From contig CAXXTU010000002.1 of the NCBI GenBank assembly GCA_963662655.2, positions 2,336,001-2,400,000 on the forward strand: a stretch of 64,000 nt of DNA, given 5' to 3'. Shown one piece after another: positions 19,001-28,371 of the stretch; positions within the stretch are counted from its first letter, which is position 1; each line of letters begins with the position of its first letter. Position numbers and translations under genes: made by a program. The DNA comes from Candidatus Cloacimonadales bacterium (GTDB taxonomy: Bacteria > Cloacimonadota > Cloacimonadia > Cloacimonadales > JAIOQZ01). Below the pieces are notes generated by a model that did not search any database, was not told the DNA's origin, and saw nothing but the letters and a program-made list of their open reading frames with translations.

Positions 19001-19240
19001 GGTTTCGAAACGAATCGCAACGTCAAAGTCGTTTGCCGAGTTGGTTCCGATACCATCATAGTTAACGCCGTCGTCATAACGAAGTTCCACACTGTTAGGA
19101 TCTTGCGGCGCGCCCCAAGTAAGGCTAACGTTTGTTTGATCAACAACGTCCGCTTCCAAGTTCATTGGTGGCCACGGTTGAGCGAATGCTATTACAGCAA
19201 CAAGCATCAAAGCTGCCACAAATAACAATTTCTTGGACAT
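16037..19240 (-). CDS. Secreted multi-domain adhesin-like protein: FN3 repeats, duplicated ~160-aa domain, carboxypeptidase-regulatory-like domain, cleaved-adhesin (choice-of-anchor J) domain, FlgD/T9SS-like CTD
   Basis: GY.VYRDG...Y.YYV.A.Y...ES..SN; GTVTDADTNAPIEGA; NNDGDAYNW...LTPDNWLITP...AEHYEV..ST...IAFVH; GNYPNPFNP...KKMILLK. Confidence 0.9.
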   Translation of the reverse strand: MSKKLLFVAALMLVAVIAFAQPWPPMNLEADVVDQTNVSLTWGAPQDPNSVELRYDDGVNYDGIGTNSANDFDVAIRFETSDLASYDGYALYQVGFFPRYADCEYSIRVWTGGSVNGTTINSGTMVVDQAVDTFTIEEWNYVTLETALTIDADEELWIGYRANTQGDHPAGCDEGPAVAYKGDLLNLGGWFSMVTEYANLDYNWNIVGMATAERAGGELIPLTSPERPAVNTEVAIEREFRQVSTPRDRELTGYAVYRDGENVATVDDAETLTYLDEDLEDGTYSYYVSALWDEGESEGSNNVEVVIEALVAGTLEGTVTDADTNAPIEGAVIVAGTASGTTNASGEYSFEVDEGTYDVSCSAAGYMTYVEEDVVITADQTETVDFELAAASEFPAPTNFEATVVNDVNVQLSWNSPFTELRYDDGENYDGIGTNSATDFDVAIRFDTSDLDAFDGLSLNQVGFFPRYEDCDYYVRVWTGGSVNGTNVNAGSMIVDQEVDVTIDQWNYFTLNTPVMIDASEELWIGFRANTGGDHPAGCDAGPAVAYKSDLLNLGGWFSLVTEYPNLNYNWNIVGFATGGRGCDDLVPLASSPRNVDVFPAFEQEHTNIITPEPLNRNRDLEGYKIYRNGEQIAFVEDAFQLDYLDEALEPGTYTYYATAVYNNAANESAPSNSDEVEIEELEYDPPEMLEATVNGFNVLLQWDAPGTNQEAVDSISEDFEDAAIPEGWSLINNDGDAYNWEILDGTNWGEAHSGEYMIGSASFINDIGALTPDNWLITPPIAIQGGYELSFWVAAVDGDWPAEHYEVLLSTTGAGVNDFDVTLHEETLSSTVWHEVTVDLSDYAGQNCRIAFVHNEVTDVYWMRMDDVYVNNARGEAVFGFGEPSENIVGSRKNDGSVYVAPVHRDRPTVGSYNIYRDDQYHATQNNVNITVYNDVNVPAGGHSYYVTAVYTDGNESGPSNIVNITNNDPGNVPAFTALEGNYPNPFNPVTTIHFSLKQQSDVTIEVYNLKGQLVRTLVNEKMEAGSHQVQWTGNDSNGKNVGSGVYFYKMKAGRYTSTKKMILLK

Positions 19241-19562
19241 AGATTTCCTCCTTGTTTTTTCGATAAGGTATAAAAAACCCTATGATTTTCCAGTTTGCAA
19301 TATTCATTACTGAGTAAGAGTTTCTTGTCAATGTTTTTTTCGATGCCTCCGTTTCCGCTTATAAGTCGCATCTCGACATTTCAGACATATCTGGAACCAC
19401 AAATCACTTTTTATACCCAGCACAAAGAGCGTAGGAGTATATAATGCAAAATATATTCCCAATATAATTTCGGGCCACAAATCGAATTCGACATCCCGGA
19501 AATGTTTGACAACAGCTTGCCCGGGCGTTTCTTGAACCATAAGAATTTATTGAGAGATTACC

Positions 19563-21746
19563 ATGAAGTATGAAGACTATACCGCCGAGGAGTTTTTTGA
19601 TCGAATTCGTTCATTTTCCGCTGAAGATCGGGAGCTGATCGAGGAAGCATACCGGTTTGCCGATACGGCGCACAAAGGGCAGAAGCGCGACTCCGGGGAG
19701 CCGTACATCACGCATCCCGTCAACGTCGCCTGGATTCTTGCGAACATGAAGACCGACGCCGAATCCGTCGCAGCCGGCTTGTTGCATGATGTGCTGGAAG
19801 ATACGGACAGAACCGCCGTCGATATCGAGGAGCGTTTCGGGGCGTCGATCGCGCGCCTCGTCAACGGGGTCACCAACCTCCAGCATTACACCTACTCAGC
19901 CGGGCAATCGCACATGAAAAAGCAGGCGGAGAATTTCAGGAAGTTCCTGCTGTCCGTCGTGGACGATTTTCGCGTCCTGATCATCAAAATGGCCGACCGC
20001 CTGCACAACATGCGCACGCTCGATTACCTCTCCCGATCGCGAATCAATCGCATTGCCAGCGAGACGCTCGACATATACGCACCCCTGGCCAATCGCTTCG
20101 GGCTGGCGAAGATGCGCTGGGAGCTCGAAGACCTGAGCTTCAAGCACCTGATGCCGGACACATACAAGCAAATCGCCATGCTCGTGAACGAGAAGAAAGA
20201 GGCTCGCGAGCGCTACATCGACATGGTTCTCGATCCCGTGAGAACGTTGCTGGAGAATGCCGGTATCCAGGCCGTGACAACCGGAAGAAGCAAGCACCTC
20301 TACAGCATCTACCGCAAGTCGATCCACCGCGATACGCCGTTTGAGGATATCTACGACCTCGCGGCGATCCGCATCATCGTCGGTTCGATCGAGCAGTGCT
20401 ACGAAGTCCTCGGGATACTCCACCGGAATTTCGAGCCGATCGAGCATCGTTTCAGGGATTACATTGCACGCCCCAAGGTGAACCAATATCAATCCCTCCA
20501 CACGGGGGTAATCGGCCCCTTGGGGAGGATGGTCGAAGTCCAGATTCGCACGCACGAGATGCACATGATCGCCGAGGAAGGACTGGCCGCTCACTGGAAG
20601 TACAAGGAGTCGCAGGGAAGTTCCTTCACGAACGGCGCAAACTTCGACGAGCAGCTTGGCTGGATTCGATCGATTCTTACGCAGCAAGCCTCGGCCCCCG
20701 CCTCCGAGTTCCTCGAGTTCGTCAAGATGAATCTCTATCCCGAGATCATCATCGCAATTACGCCGGAGGGTGATTACATCAAGCTTCCCAAGGGCTCCAC
20801 GCCGGTCGATTTCGCCTTTGCCGTTCACACACAACTGGGCTTCAAGACCATCGGCGCGAGAATCAATGGGAAGTTTGTGCCGCTTCGCACCGAGCTGAAA
20901 ACCGGGGATCGCGTCGAGGTGATCACAGGTTCGTCCCCCAATCCGGGCAAGGACTGGCTTGAGTTCATGAAATCCTCCCGAGCCCGGCAGAAAGTCCGCT
21001 CCTGGCTACGACGCCGGGAGCTCGAGGACGCCATCCAACTCGGTAAGGAGATCTTTGAGAAGCGCTCGCGAAAAGCCCATCTGAAGTTCCCGGATGCGGA
21101 GGAGTTTCACGCCATCCTGAAGCTCATGAAAATCACCGACGAGAATCAGTTGTATGCGAGACTGGGAAAAGGCACGCTTCTTTTCACCGATTTCGAAGAG
21201 GCGGTGAGAAGTCACCGCGACGAACCCCCGGCAGATGAGACGGACATGGAGATCGAGGCTCGGGAAATCCATGAATTTCAAGGCGTGCGGATCGGGCAGA
21301 TCGACAGCCTCCTCATACACTATGCCAAGTGCTGCAATCCGGTTCCGGGTGATCAGATACTGGGATATACCACGCGCGGCAGGGGCATAACGGTTCATCG
21401 GGTGGATTGCCCCAACAAGGGCTTCCGTAAATTGATCGAGGATGAAAAGGAGCGCATCATCCCCTTGCAGTGGGATAGCCCCGCGTCAAACACCAGGCAG
21501 GGATTCTCTGTTCAGATCATGGTGTTTGCCAAAAGCAACCGCAACATGCTCAAGGAGATCGTGAACACCTTTTCGCGGCTCCACATCGAGCTGACGCAAG
21601 CACGCATGGATAAAGACGTTGACGGTGCAAAAGGCTGGTTTACATTTCGCATCCAGCACCGAAACGAACTTGAGCAGGTATTCCGCGCCCTCAGGAAATT
21701 GCCCAAGATTCTCCATATCGAACGCGTAACCGGAAAAAACGAATGA
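19563..21746 (+). CDS. rel: Bifunctional (p)ppGpp synthetase/hydrolase, long RSH
   Basis: H.GQKR.SGEPYI.HP, LLHDVLED, ADRLHNMRTL, DYIARPK.N.YQSLHT, EVQIRT; TGS (TPVDFAF), ZFD (AKCCNP...HRVDC) and ACT domains. Confidence 0.96.
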   Translation: MKYEDYTAEEFFDRIRSFSAEDRELIEEAYRFADTAHKGQKRDSGEPYITHPVNVAWILANMKTDAESVAAGLLHDVLEDTDRTAVDIEERFGASIARLVNGVTNLQHYTYSAGQSHMKKQAENFRKFLLSVVDDFRVLIIKMADRLHNMRTLDYLSRSRINRIASETLDIYAPLANRFGLAKMRWELEDLSFKHLMPDTYKQIAMLVNEKKEARERYIDMVLDPVRTLLENAGIQAVTTGRSKHLYSIYRKSIHRDTPFEDIYDLAAIRIIVGSIEQCYEVLGILHRNFEPIEHRFRDYIARPKVNQYQSLHTGVIGPLGRMVEVQIRTHEMHMIAEEGLAAHWKYKESQGSSFTNGANFDEQLGWIRSILTQQASAPASEFLEFVKMNLYPEIIIAITPEGDYIKLPKGSTPVDFAFAVHTQLGFKTIGARINGKFVPLRTELKTGDRVEVITGSSPNPGKDWLEFMKSSRARQKVRSWLRRRELEDAIQLGKEIFEKRSRKAHLKFPDAEEFHAILKLMKITDENQLYARLGKGTLLFTDFEEAVRSHRDEPPADETDMEIEAREIHEFQGVRIGQIDSLLIHYAKCCNPVPGDQILGYTTRGRGITVHRVDCPNKGFRKLIEDEKERIIPLQWDSPASNTRQGFSVQIMVFAKSNRNMLKEIVNTFSRLHIELTQARMDKDVDGAKGWFTFRIQHRNELEQVFRALRKLPKILHIERVTGKNE

Positions 21747-22936
21747 CACAGAAACAGCTAACGGCGAATATCAAACTGTATCCCTGGTACCGGCTTTTCT
21801 CCAGCCTGATGATCATCGGACCCATCCTGGTTCCATTCATGATCTTCAAGGGATTGAACTATTCGCAGATCATGCTCCTGCAATCGATCTCGGCGATTTC
21901 CGTGTTCGTTTTCGAGGTTCCCACGGGATCGATCGCCGACAAAATCTCCCGGAAATTCTCGCTGGTCATCAGCAGCGTCTTTTGCAGCCTGGGATTGTTT
22001 CTGTACATCGTCTCGCACTCGTTCTGGGTGTTCGCTCTTGCGGAAATCCTGTTCGGGCTGGGAATGACTTTCAGCAGCGGAGCCGATTCGGCCCTGCTCT
22101 ACGAGAGCCTGATTCGACTGGATCGGAAAAAGGAGTACCAGCACCACGAAGGTCATGCGCAGTTCATGATATTCATCGGACAGGGAATCGGTTCCGTTAT
22201 CAGCGGATTCATCTACAAGTTCAACCCGTTTTCACCCTTCTGGATCAGCGTGGGTTTCATCGTCTTCTCAGGTTTGACGGCCATCGGATTCCACGAGACC
22301 GACCGCACGAAGAGCGAACACAACTACCTGATTCACGTCGTGAAAAGCATCGGCATAGCGGTAAAGACGCCCCGCATCCTTTGGACGGTACTCTTCGCCG
22401 CGCTCATGGGCTTCACCTTCAGAAGTTCGTTCTGGCTCTATCAGCCCTATTTCAAGCATGTCGAGATCGACGTGATGTGGTTCGGGGTAATCTTTTTCTT
22501 CTTCAACGTGGTGGCCGCGTTAACATCCAAGGTGCTGGTCAAACGGTATTACAACGCTCGCCCGAGGAAAGTTCTTATCGGGCTGGGCCTGTTGATCGGC
22601 GCATCGTTCATCCTGCCGGCAATCTTCGTCTCGCCATTCGCATTGATCGCGCTCGCGTCCCAGCAGATTGTGCGAGGCCTCTATCAGCCCACTCTGCGAT
22701 TCTACATCAATCATCAGATCAAAGACCAGTACCGCGCAACCTTTATTTCGCTGGTCAGTCTTGCCGCCAGCCTTAGCTTTGCACTGCTGTCCCCGCTTGT
22801 GGGAATCAGCCTGGATCAGTGGGGAACGATCCAGACATACTGGTGCATGGGAATCGTCTCGCTGGCGGGAATCAGCTTCCTGATGCTTCTACGTCGCTTC
22901 CAAAAAGCGAAAAAGGCCAGGGCGGCTACCTCATAA
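21743..22936 (+). CDS. MFS transporter
   Basis: About 12 TM segments; FEVPTGSIADKISRK (motif A), FSSGADSALLYESL; ATGA overlap with rel. Confidence 0.9.
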   Translation: MTQKQLTANIKLYPWYRLFSSLMIIGPILVPFMIFKGLNYSQIMLLQSISAISVFVFEVPTGSIADKISRKFSLVISSVFCSLGLFLYIVSHSFWVFALAEILFGLGMTFSSGADSALLYESLIRLDRKKEYQHHEGHAQFMIFIGQGIGSVISGFIYKFNPFSPFWISVGFIVFSGLTAIGFHETDRTKSEHNYLIHVVKSIGIAVKTPRILWTVLFAALMGFTFRSSFWLYQPYFKHVEIDVMWFGVIFFFFNVVAALTSKVLVKRYYNARPRKVLIGLGLLIGASFILPAIFVSPFALIALASQQIVRGLYQPTLRFYINHQIKDQYRATFISLVSLAASLSFALLSPLVGISLDQWGTIQTYWCMGIVSLAGISFLMLLRRFQKAKKARAATS

Positions 22937-23035
22937 AGCCACGTCGGTTGATGTAAATACCCCTGTTTTTATATTGACTGAATCGTGCTGTTGCCATCAC
23001 ATTTGCATTAATGAATTGATACCCGGAGATCGAAT

Positions 23036-24586
23036 ATGCCAGATAGAGAATCCTCAAAAACTGAGATAACGCAACAGGAAGCGCTCAAAAAGCTTGTTTC
23101 GCTCAGCAATGAAGCCAAAGAAACGAAAGATATCCACGAACGAGTACGATTACTTGAAGAGGCATACTCGATCATGGGTATCGCGGAGATATCGAGAAAA
23201 GAAAAGGATCAGCTAATCCAGGGTCTCGTTCGCGCCAATGAGAGGCTCGAGCTCATGGATCGCAATCAGGAAATTCTTGAATCCGAATTGGCTGACTCGC
23301 TTAGTAAAAAGGAGTACAACTCGGCGGCATTGCACTGTATCGATCTATCGAAATGCTATTACTGGCAGAAGGATCTTTCGAAGGCCTCCGAGATCATGAA
23401 ACAGGGTGTGCGATATGCCGATCTGGCGGAAAACTCCAGTGCGAAAGGAGCTCTCCTGGTGAATCTTGGGCTTGTTAATGCCACGATTCACGCCTACGAC
23501 CAGGCCCTGGAACATCTGATCGAAGCCGAACGTACGATCGCCGATCTGGACAATAAAACCTTGTTGATAACCATCCATCTGAACCTGATCAACACCTACA
23601 ACAACCTCGGGCAATTCGAGGACGCCCTCGAAATCGCAGACAAGACCATTAGAATGTGTGAAAATGAGGAACATGAAATCAGCCTGGCCGGTGGATATAT
23701 CAACCGTGGGACAGTCAATGCAAATTTGCATCGATACAACGACTCGATATCGGACTTCCTTCGAGGCGTCGAGATTCTCGAGAAAAACGAGGCCATGCCG
23801 AACTGGCTCCACGATGCTTATGTGAATCTCTCCAACATGTATCTCATTACAGGAGATGTCGAACGCGCCGAGTCCTGGCTGAATAAAACGCTAGAGTTCT
23901 CGCAGAAGGTATCCGATGAGAATCAACACGCCGCGGCCCTGACGATCATGGGGAAACTTCATATTAAAAAGAAATCGTATAACGAGGCCCTGAAGTATCT
24001 GAAAGAAGCAGAAAGACTGGCCAAAGACAATCACCTGAACGAAGTCAGGATCATTGCTTACGAACAACTCGTAAACGTCTATGGATTGCTCCGCAGATAC
24101 AAGAAGAAATCGGAATACCTCCAGAAAATCATCGATATCGAGCGACACTCCTTCCCGAAGAACCTGAACGAGCAAATCGCCAACATGAAGGTCCGTTGGG
24201 AGACCGAGAGAAAGGAACAGGAATCGCATCTTCTCCGCAAGAAGAATCAAGAACTCGAAGAGATGAACGACGAATTGAAGGAGATGTACGATAAGCTTTC
24301 CAGCGCACAAGATGAAATTATCAATCTGGAAAGGAAGAACTCCATATATGCCATGGCGGTTACCGCGAATCACGAGATCAATCAGCCGCTGATGATCATC
24401 AAGGGTAACATTGAAATGCTTGTCATGAAATTCGGCAACGAGAGTATCAATCCCTACCTGAAAAGAATCGACGAAGCAACGGTACGAATCGATCGGATCC
24501 TCACCCGGTATAAAGACAATCGCGAGTACAAGATGCAGGCCTACTCCGACGAAATCGATATGGTCGTGTTTGAGGAAGAAGAGTAG
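23036..24586 (+). CDS. TPR-repeat protein with HisKA-like tail, no HATPase domain (paralog of 11861-13414)
   Basis: TPR helices; SAQDEII.LER.NS..AMAVTANHEINQPL..I.GN. Confidence 0.85.
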   Translation: MPDRESSKTEITQQEALKKLVSLSNEAKETKDIHERVRLLEEAYSIMGIAEISRKEKDQLIQGLVRANERLELMDRNQEILESELADSLSKKEYNSAALHCIDLSKCYYWQKDLSKASEIMKQGVRYADLAENSSAKGALLVNLGLVNATIHAYDQALEHLIEAERTIADLDNKTLLITIHLNLINTYNNLGQFEDALEIADKTIRMCENEEHEISLAGGYINRGTVNANLHRYNDSISDFLRGVEILEKNEAMPNWLHDAYVNLSNMYLITGDVERAESWLNKTLEFSQKVSDENQHAAALTIMGKLHIKKKSYNEALKYLKEAERLAKDNHLNEVRIIAYEQLVNVYGLLRRYKKKSEYLQKIIDIERHSFPKNLNEQIANMKVRWETERKEQESHLLRKKNQELEEMNDELKEMYDKLSSAQDEIINLERKNSIYAMAVTANHEINQPLMIIKGNIEMLVMKFGNESINPYLKRIDEATVRIDRILTRYKDNREYKMQAYSDEIDMVVFEEEE

Positions 24587-24602
24587 GGTACGAATCCAAA
24601 AT

Positions 24603-25346
24603 CTACTTTCGTATCCCAAGCCATAAGAAGAAAATCGGCTTCAGGATATCCCACCAATCCACAAAAGGCTTGATTTTACTGTAAGAGAGTCCCTTTTGAT
24701 TGATGATGCTCTTCTTGGATTTAGGATAAATCTTTGAAACCGGTACTTCTCTATACCGATATCTTCTACCTTTTGTGATTTTGAAGAAGAGGTAAATCTC
24801 GAGTCCATATCGCTCCAGCCACTCCTGGTCTAGATTTATGTCCGGATCGTCGAGAATGGAAAGCCTGAACGCCCTGAAGCCCTCCATGGAATCGGTGATC
24901 TTTCTGGAGGTGATGCAACTCAGGAAGAACGCGATACATTTCACCATGACCAGACGAAACACAGGCGTATGATCGCGCCTGCTACCCGGCAAGTATCTTG
25001 AACCTTGCACATAGTCCGCGTCATCGTCCAGAAGCGGCCGCACAAGCCTCTGCACCTCGGCAATGGTGTTCTTATTGTTGCCCGGCAGCATGGCGATATT
25101 TTTATATCCGTGATCCCTTGCATAATAGCATGCATCGCGGATCGAAATACCGACCCCCATATTCTTCTCATGCCTGATCAGTTGGAAATCGTAACCTTTT
25201 ACCAGTTCGAGGGAGTTATCCGTCGTCCCGTCGTCAACAACCAGAATATCGTATGGATAACCGTCAGGCTTGCTGTCCAGAGTAGCTTTCAGTCTTGTAT
25301 CGTTATTGTATGACACGATCAGCGTAATACAATCTTTATTGCTCAT
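24603..25346 (-). CDS. GT2 glycosyltransferase (polyprenol-phosphate glycosyltransferase-like)
   Basis: SYN, VVDDGTTD, H..N.GVG, ADYVQGSRY, ITDSMEGFRA; the usual DxD is replaced by PGN. Confidence 0.88.
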   Translation of the reverse strand: MSNKDCITLIVSYNNDTRLKATLDSKPDGYPYDILVVDDGTTDNSLELVKGYDFQLIRHEKNMGVGISIRDACYYARDHGYKNIAMLPGNNKNTIAEVQRLVRPLLDDDADYVQGSRYLPGSRRDHTPVFRLVMVKCIAFFLSCITSRKITDSMEGFRAFRLSILDDPDINLDQEWLERYGLEIYLFFKITKGRRYRYREVPVSKIYPKSKKSIINQKGLSYSKIKPFVDWWDILKPIFFLWLGIRK

Positions 25347-25773
25347 GGCGTTTTTTTCTCCATGGTCTGCGCTTGAAAATGACCGACGACAAAACAAAGT
25401 TCACGATCGTCGTCACGGGGAGTATGAAAAAGATCAGCACCCAGTTTTCAAACGGCAGTAACTTGCGAAGTAAATGCAGTCCACCGGTACCGCAAGCAAG
25501 CGTGATGATGTATGTACCGTAGAACTGGAGGAGGCTTGCGAAATTCTTCTGCTTGGAAAAGGTATAATTTGCGTTCAACAAGTAGGACAGGAATATCGTA
25601 CTGATATAAATCAGAACATACGTGATCATCAAAGGTGTTCCGATAAGCTTTAAGAAGATATAGCTCAATATCAGCGAGATGATCGTTACGCCACCGCCTA
25701 CCAGTAAGAACCGGTAGAATTCGCCGGCTTTTCTTCCCAGCCTTTCTTCGAGAAATGTCGAGATCACTTTCAT
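25336..25773 (-). CDS. GtrA-family flippase
   Basis: Four TM helices; RFLLVGG...SYLLNANYTF...NFVLS. Confidence 0.85.
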   Translation of the reverse strand: MKVISTFLEERLGRKAGEFYRFLLVGGGVTIISLILSYIFLKLIGTPLMITYVLIYISTIFLSYLLNANYTFSKQKNFASLLQFYGTYIITLACGTGGLHLLRKLLPFENWVLIFFILPVTTIVNFVLSSVIFKRRPWRKKRHEQ

Positions 25774-25792
25774 TTGTTTATCCGATATCCAC

Positions 25793-26836
25793 CTAAGCGG
25801 TTTTCATCGCGCCAGTTTCAGGATCGATTTGAACAAGGGCTTGATTGCTCAGGAGGCTGAGCTGAGCTGCCTCGATCATACGAATGATGCGTAAAGCATG
25901 CTGCGCGTTCGTTCGTGGAACAGCTCCGGTCTCGATGCAATCGAGGAAATGGTTGCATTCAGCGGAAAGCGGCTCGGAGGAAGCAAGCTTTGGAACAAGA
26001 ATATCTCCCGTGCGGTAAGCAAGCTGGAACTCTCCAAAGGTAGTTGATTCTTCAATCACATCGACTCCCATGTCGTAAAGCCTAACTTTGTCGGATGATC
26101 GTGTATCGTCGTACACCACCATCTGCTTCTTCCCTACGATGTAAGACTGTCGAAGTTTGACAGGCGAAATCCAGGATAGATGAATGTTTACAAGGACATT
26201 GTTAGGATATTGGAGATTTATAAACGCGACATCGCAAACTTGGTCAAACGTAGACGCCTTACCCATGACTTGTATCGAAAGCGGCATCTCTTCCAACCAG
26301 TATTCCAGGATCGAGAAGTCATGCGGAGCCAAATCCCAGATCACGTTATAATCGTGCTTCACTTTCCCCAGGTTGATCCGCGTAAGCTGTATGAAATTGA
26401 TTTCGCCCAGCGCACCATCCTGGATGTATTCCTTCACCTTGATCACTGGAGGGCTGTACAAGAAAGTGTGGCCAACCATCATAACACGATTACGTTCTCC
26501 GGCCAGTCGAATTAGTTCTTCCATCTGTTCGCTGGAAGCGGTGAGAGGTTTTTCTACAAGGATATGCTTGTCGTGCAGCAGCGCTTCCTTTGCAATTTCG
26601 TAATGAGTGCAGATCGGTGTAACGATATTGACGGCGTCAATTTCCGGATCGTTCAGAAGATCGTGATAATCTTCCGTCATCTGCGTATAGCGATATGATT
26701 CCTTCGCCAATGCAAGCCTATCCGGATTGATATCGCAGATGTATTTCAATTCGGCACGTTTATTCGAGTCCCAATTACGAGCCAGGTTGGGCCCCCAATA
26801 ACCGAAACCTACTAAACCGACAATGAAACTACCCAT
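25793..26836 (-). CDS. Gfo/Idh/MocA NAD-dependent oxidoreductase (WbpB/WlbA-like sugar oxidase)
   Basis: GFGYWG, H.LVEKP, VGHTFLY, WDLAPHD. Confidence 0.9.
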   Translation of the reverse strand: MGSFIVGLVGFGYWGPNLARNWDSNKRAELKYICDINPDRLALAKESYRYTQMTEDYHDLLNDPEIDAVNIVTPICTHYEIAKEALLHDKHILVEKPLTASSEQMEELIRLAGERNRVMMVGHTFLYSPPVIKVKEYIQDGALGEINFIQLTRINLGKVKHDYNVIWDLAPHDFSILEYWLEEMPLSIQVMGKASTFDQVCDVAFINLQYPNNVLVNIHLSWISPVKLRQSYIVGKKQMVVYDDTRSSDKVRLYDMGVDVIEESTTFGEFQLAYRTGDILVPKLASSEPLSAECNHFLDCIETGAVPRTNAQHALRIIRMIEAAQLSLLSNQALVQIDPETGAMKTA

Positions 26837-26860
26837 AACCTACTCCTTTCGGTCGTAAGC

Positions 26861-27637
26861 TCAGACCGTTTTCTTCTTTTCTCTCAGTAATGCTATTCTC
26901 TCATCGATCTGTTGGACCAACTCATCCATGCGCGTAAAACTCTCTTCCGGATAGCCCTTGCGGAAATGCTTTGGCCACGGATACTGTACATCGTATTTTA
27001 AAGAGCGAATTTGATCGATTCGCGCGATGGTTTTAGCCGGATTTCCACCCACGCACATGACATCGGGAACCGAGCTCCGGACAACGCTGCCGCCTGTAAC
27101 GACCGCTCCCATGCCCACATGAACGCCCGGGAAAAGAAGCGTGTTCGTCAGGATTACAGCCATGTGACCGATCGTGATTCCCTCAAAACAATCGGAAGGC
27201 GGAAAGGGATCGTTCGTGAATTGCACGCGAGGAAAGAACCATACCAGATCCCCGATTTTTGAACCTTTGCCGATGTGAACTTCGCTGTGGATTTTCGTGT
27301 AGGATCCTATCTCGGTATCGCCTTCGATATCGGAGTTGGTTCCGATCTGAAGATAAGGCCCCGCCACCGTGTTTTCTCTCACAAGAACCGAGTGTCCGGT
27401 TATCAGCCTGCGCCCGAACGTTGAACCTTCATAGAGCACACTGTGGCTGCGGATATGCGAATCCGGTCCGATAACCAGAGGCTTGCCCTCCGCGAGCCGG
27501 GTGGGATAGCCAATAATGCTGAAATCTTCGATAATGGTGTTGTCGCCGATCTCCACGTTGGGATGAACCACGACCCCGTATCCGAAAGTTACGTTGGAAC
27601 CGATTTTCGCTTCAGGTGATATACTCGCTTGCATCAT
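26861..27637 (-). CDS. Hexapeptide-repeat (left-handed beta-helix) acyltransferase
   Basis: Repeated IG.N/IG.. hexapeptides, FTNDPFP, GNPA. Confidence 0.88.
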   Translation of the reverse strand: MMQASISPEAKIGSNVTFGYGVVVHPNVEIGDNTIIEDFSIIGYPTRLAEGKPLVIGPDSHIRSHSVLYEGSTFGRRLITGHSVLVRENTVAGPYLQIGTNSDIEGDTEIGSYTKIHSEVHIGKGSKIGDLVWFFPRVQFTNDPFPPSDCFEGITIGHMAVILTNTLLFPGVHVGMGAVVTGGSVVRSSVPDVMCVGGNPAKTIARIDQIRSLKYDVQYPWPKHFRKGYPEESFTRMDELVQQIDERIALLREKKKTV

Positions 27638-27645
27638 TTCCTCCG

Positions 27646-28371
27646 TTAGAGCGTACCGTTATCGACGAAATAAACCGAGCCCGACACCGACGAAGCAGCG
27701 TCGGTAAGTAGATAGACGATGGTTTCCGCAACACTTACGGGATTTGTGGCTTTCTTCATCGAGGTTCTCTTGTAAATCCGGTCCTTCTGGTCCTTTGTCA
27801 GGGTGCTGCTGATCTGTGTTTCCATGAATCCCGGAGCAACGCAGTTCGAGCGGATGCCTTTCGCACCCCACTCCCTCGCAACCGTTCTCGAAAAGGATTC
27901 GAGCGCTCCCTTCGTGGCGGCGTACATGCTGAGTCCCTTATAGCCTGTATGGGCAGCGACGGAAGAGATGTGAACCAGGCTACCCGATATATCGTGAAGA
28001 AGCATATCGCGGATGACATACTTCGTCAGCATCACTGGAGCGTGAAAGTTGATACGGAACATCTTCTCGAGCGGATCTACCGCTGCGTTTGTCACGATGT
28101 CGTCGTATGCGAAAGCCGCGTTGTTCACCAATCCGGCAATCGGGCCATGCTCCTTCAACGTCTTGAGGTAAAATTCGCTGATTTTATCGACTTGCTCGAG
28201 ATCGAAATCGAAGTGCAGGTACCTCTCAGGATACGCTTCGACTCTTTTCTCCGCTTCGCTGGTGTTTCGATAATCGACACCCAGAATCCCGAATTCGGTT
28301 TTCTCCAACAGAATCCGAACGATTTCGGATCCCAGCCCACCGGTATCACCGGTTACCAGTATTTTATTCAT
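27646..28371 (-). CDS. SDR family oxidoreductase (FabG-like)
   Basis: VTG..GGLG, LVNNAA, ISS, YAATK, N.VAPGF..T; likely start MNKILV at 28371. Confidence 0.9.
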   Translation of the reverse strand: MNKILVTGDTGGLGSEIVRILLEKTEFGILGVDYRNTSEAEKRVEAYPERYLHFDFDLEQVDKISEFYLKTLKEHGPIAGLVNNAAFAYDDIVTNAAVDPLEKMFRINFHAPVMLTKYVIRDMLLHDISGSLVHISSVAAHTGYKGLSMYAATKGALESFSRTVAREWGAKGIRSNCVAPGFMETQISSTLTKDQKDRIYKRTSMKKATNPVSVAETIVYLLTDAASSVSGSVYFVDNGTL

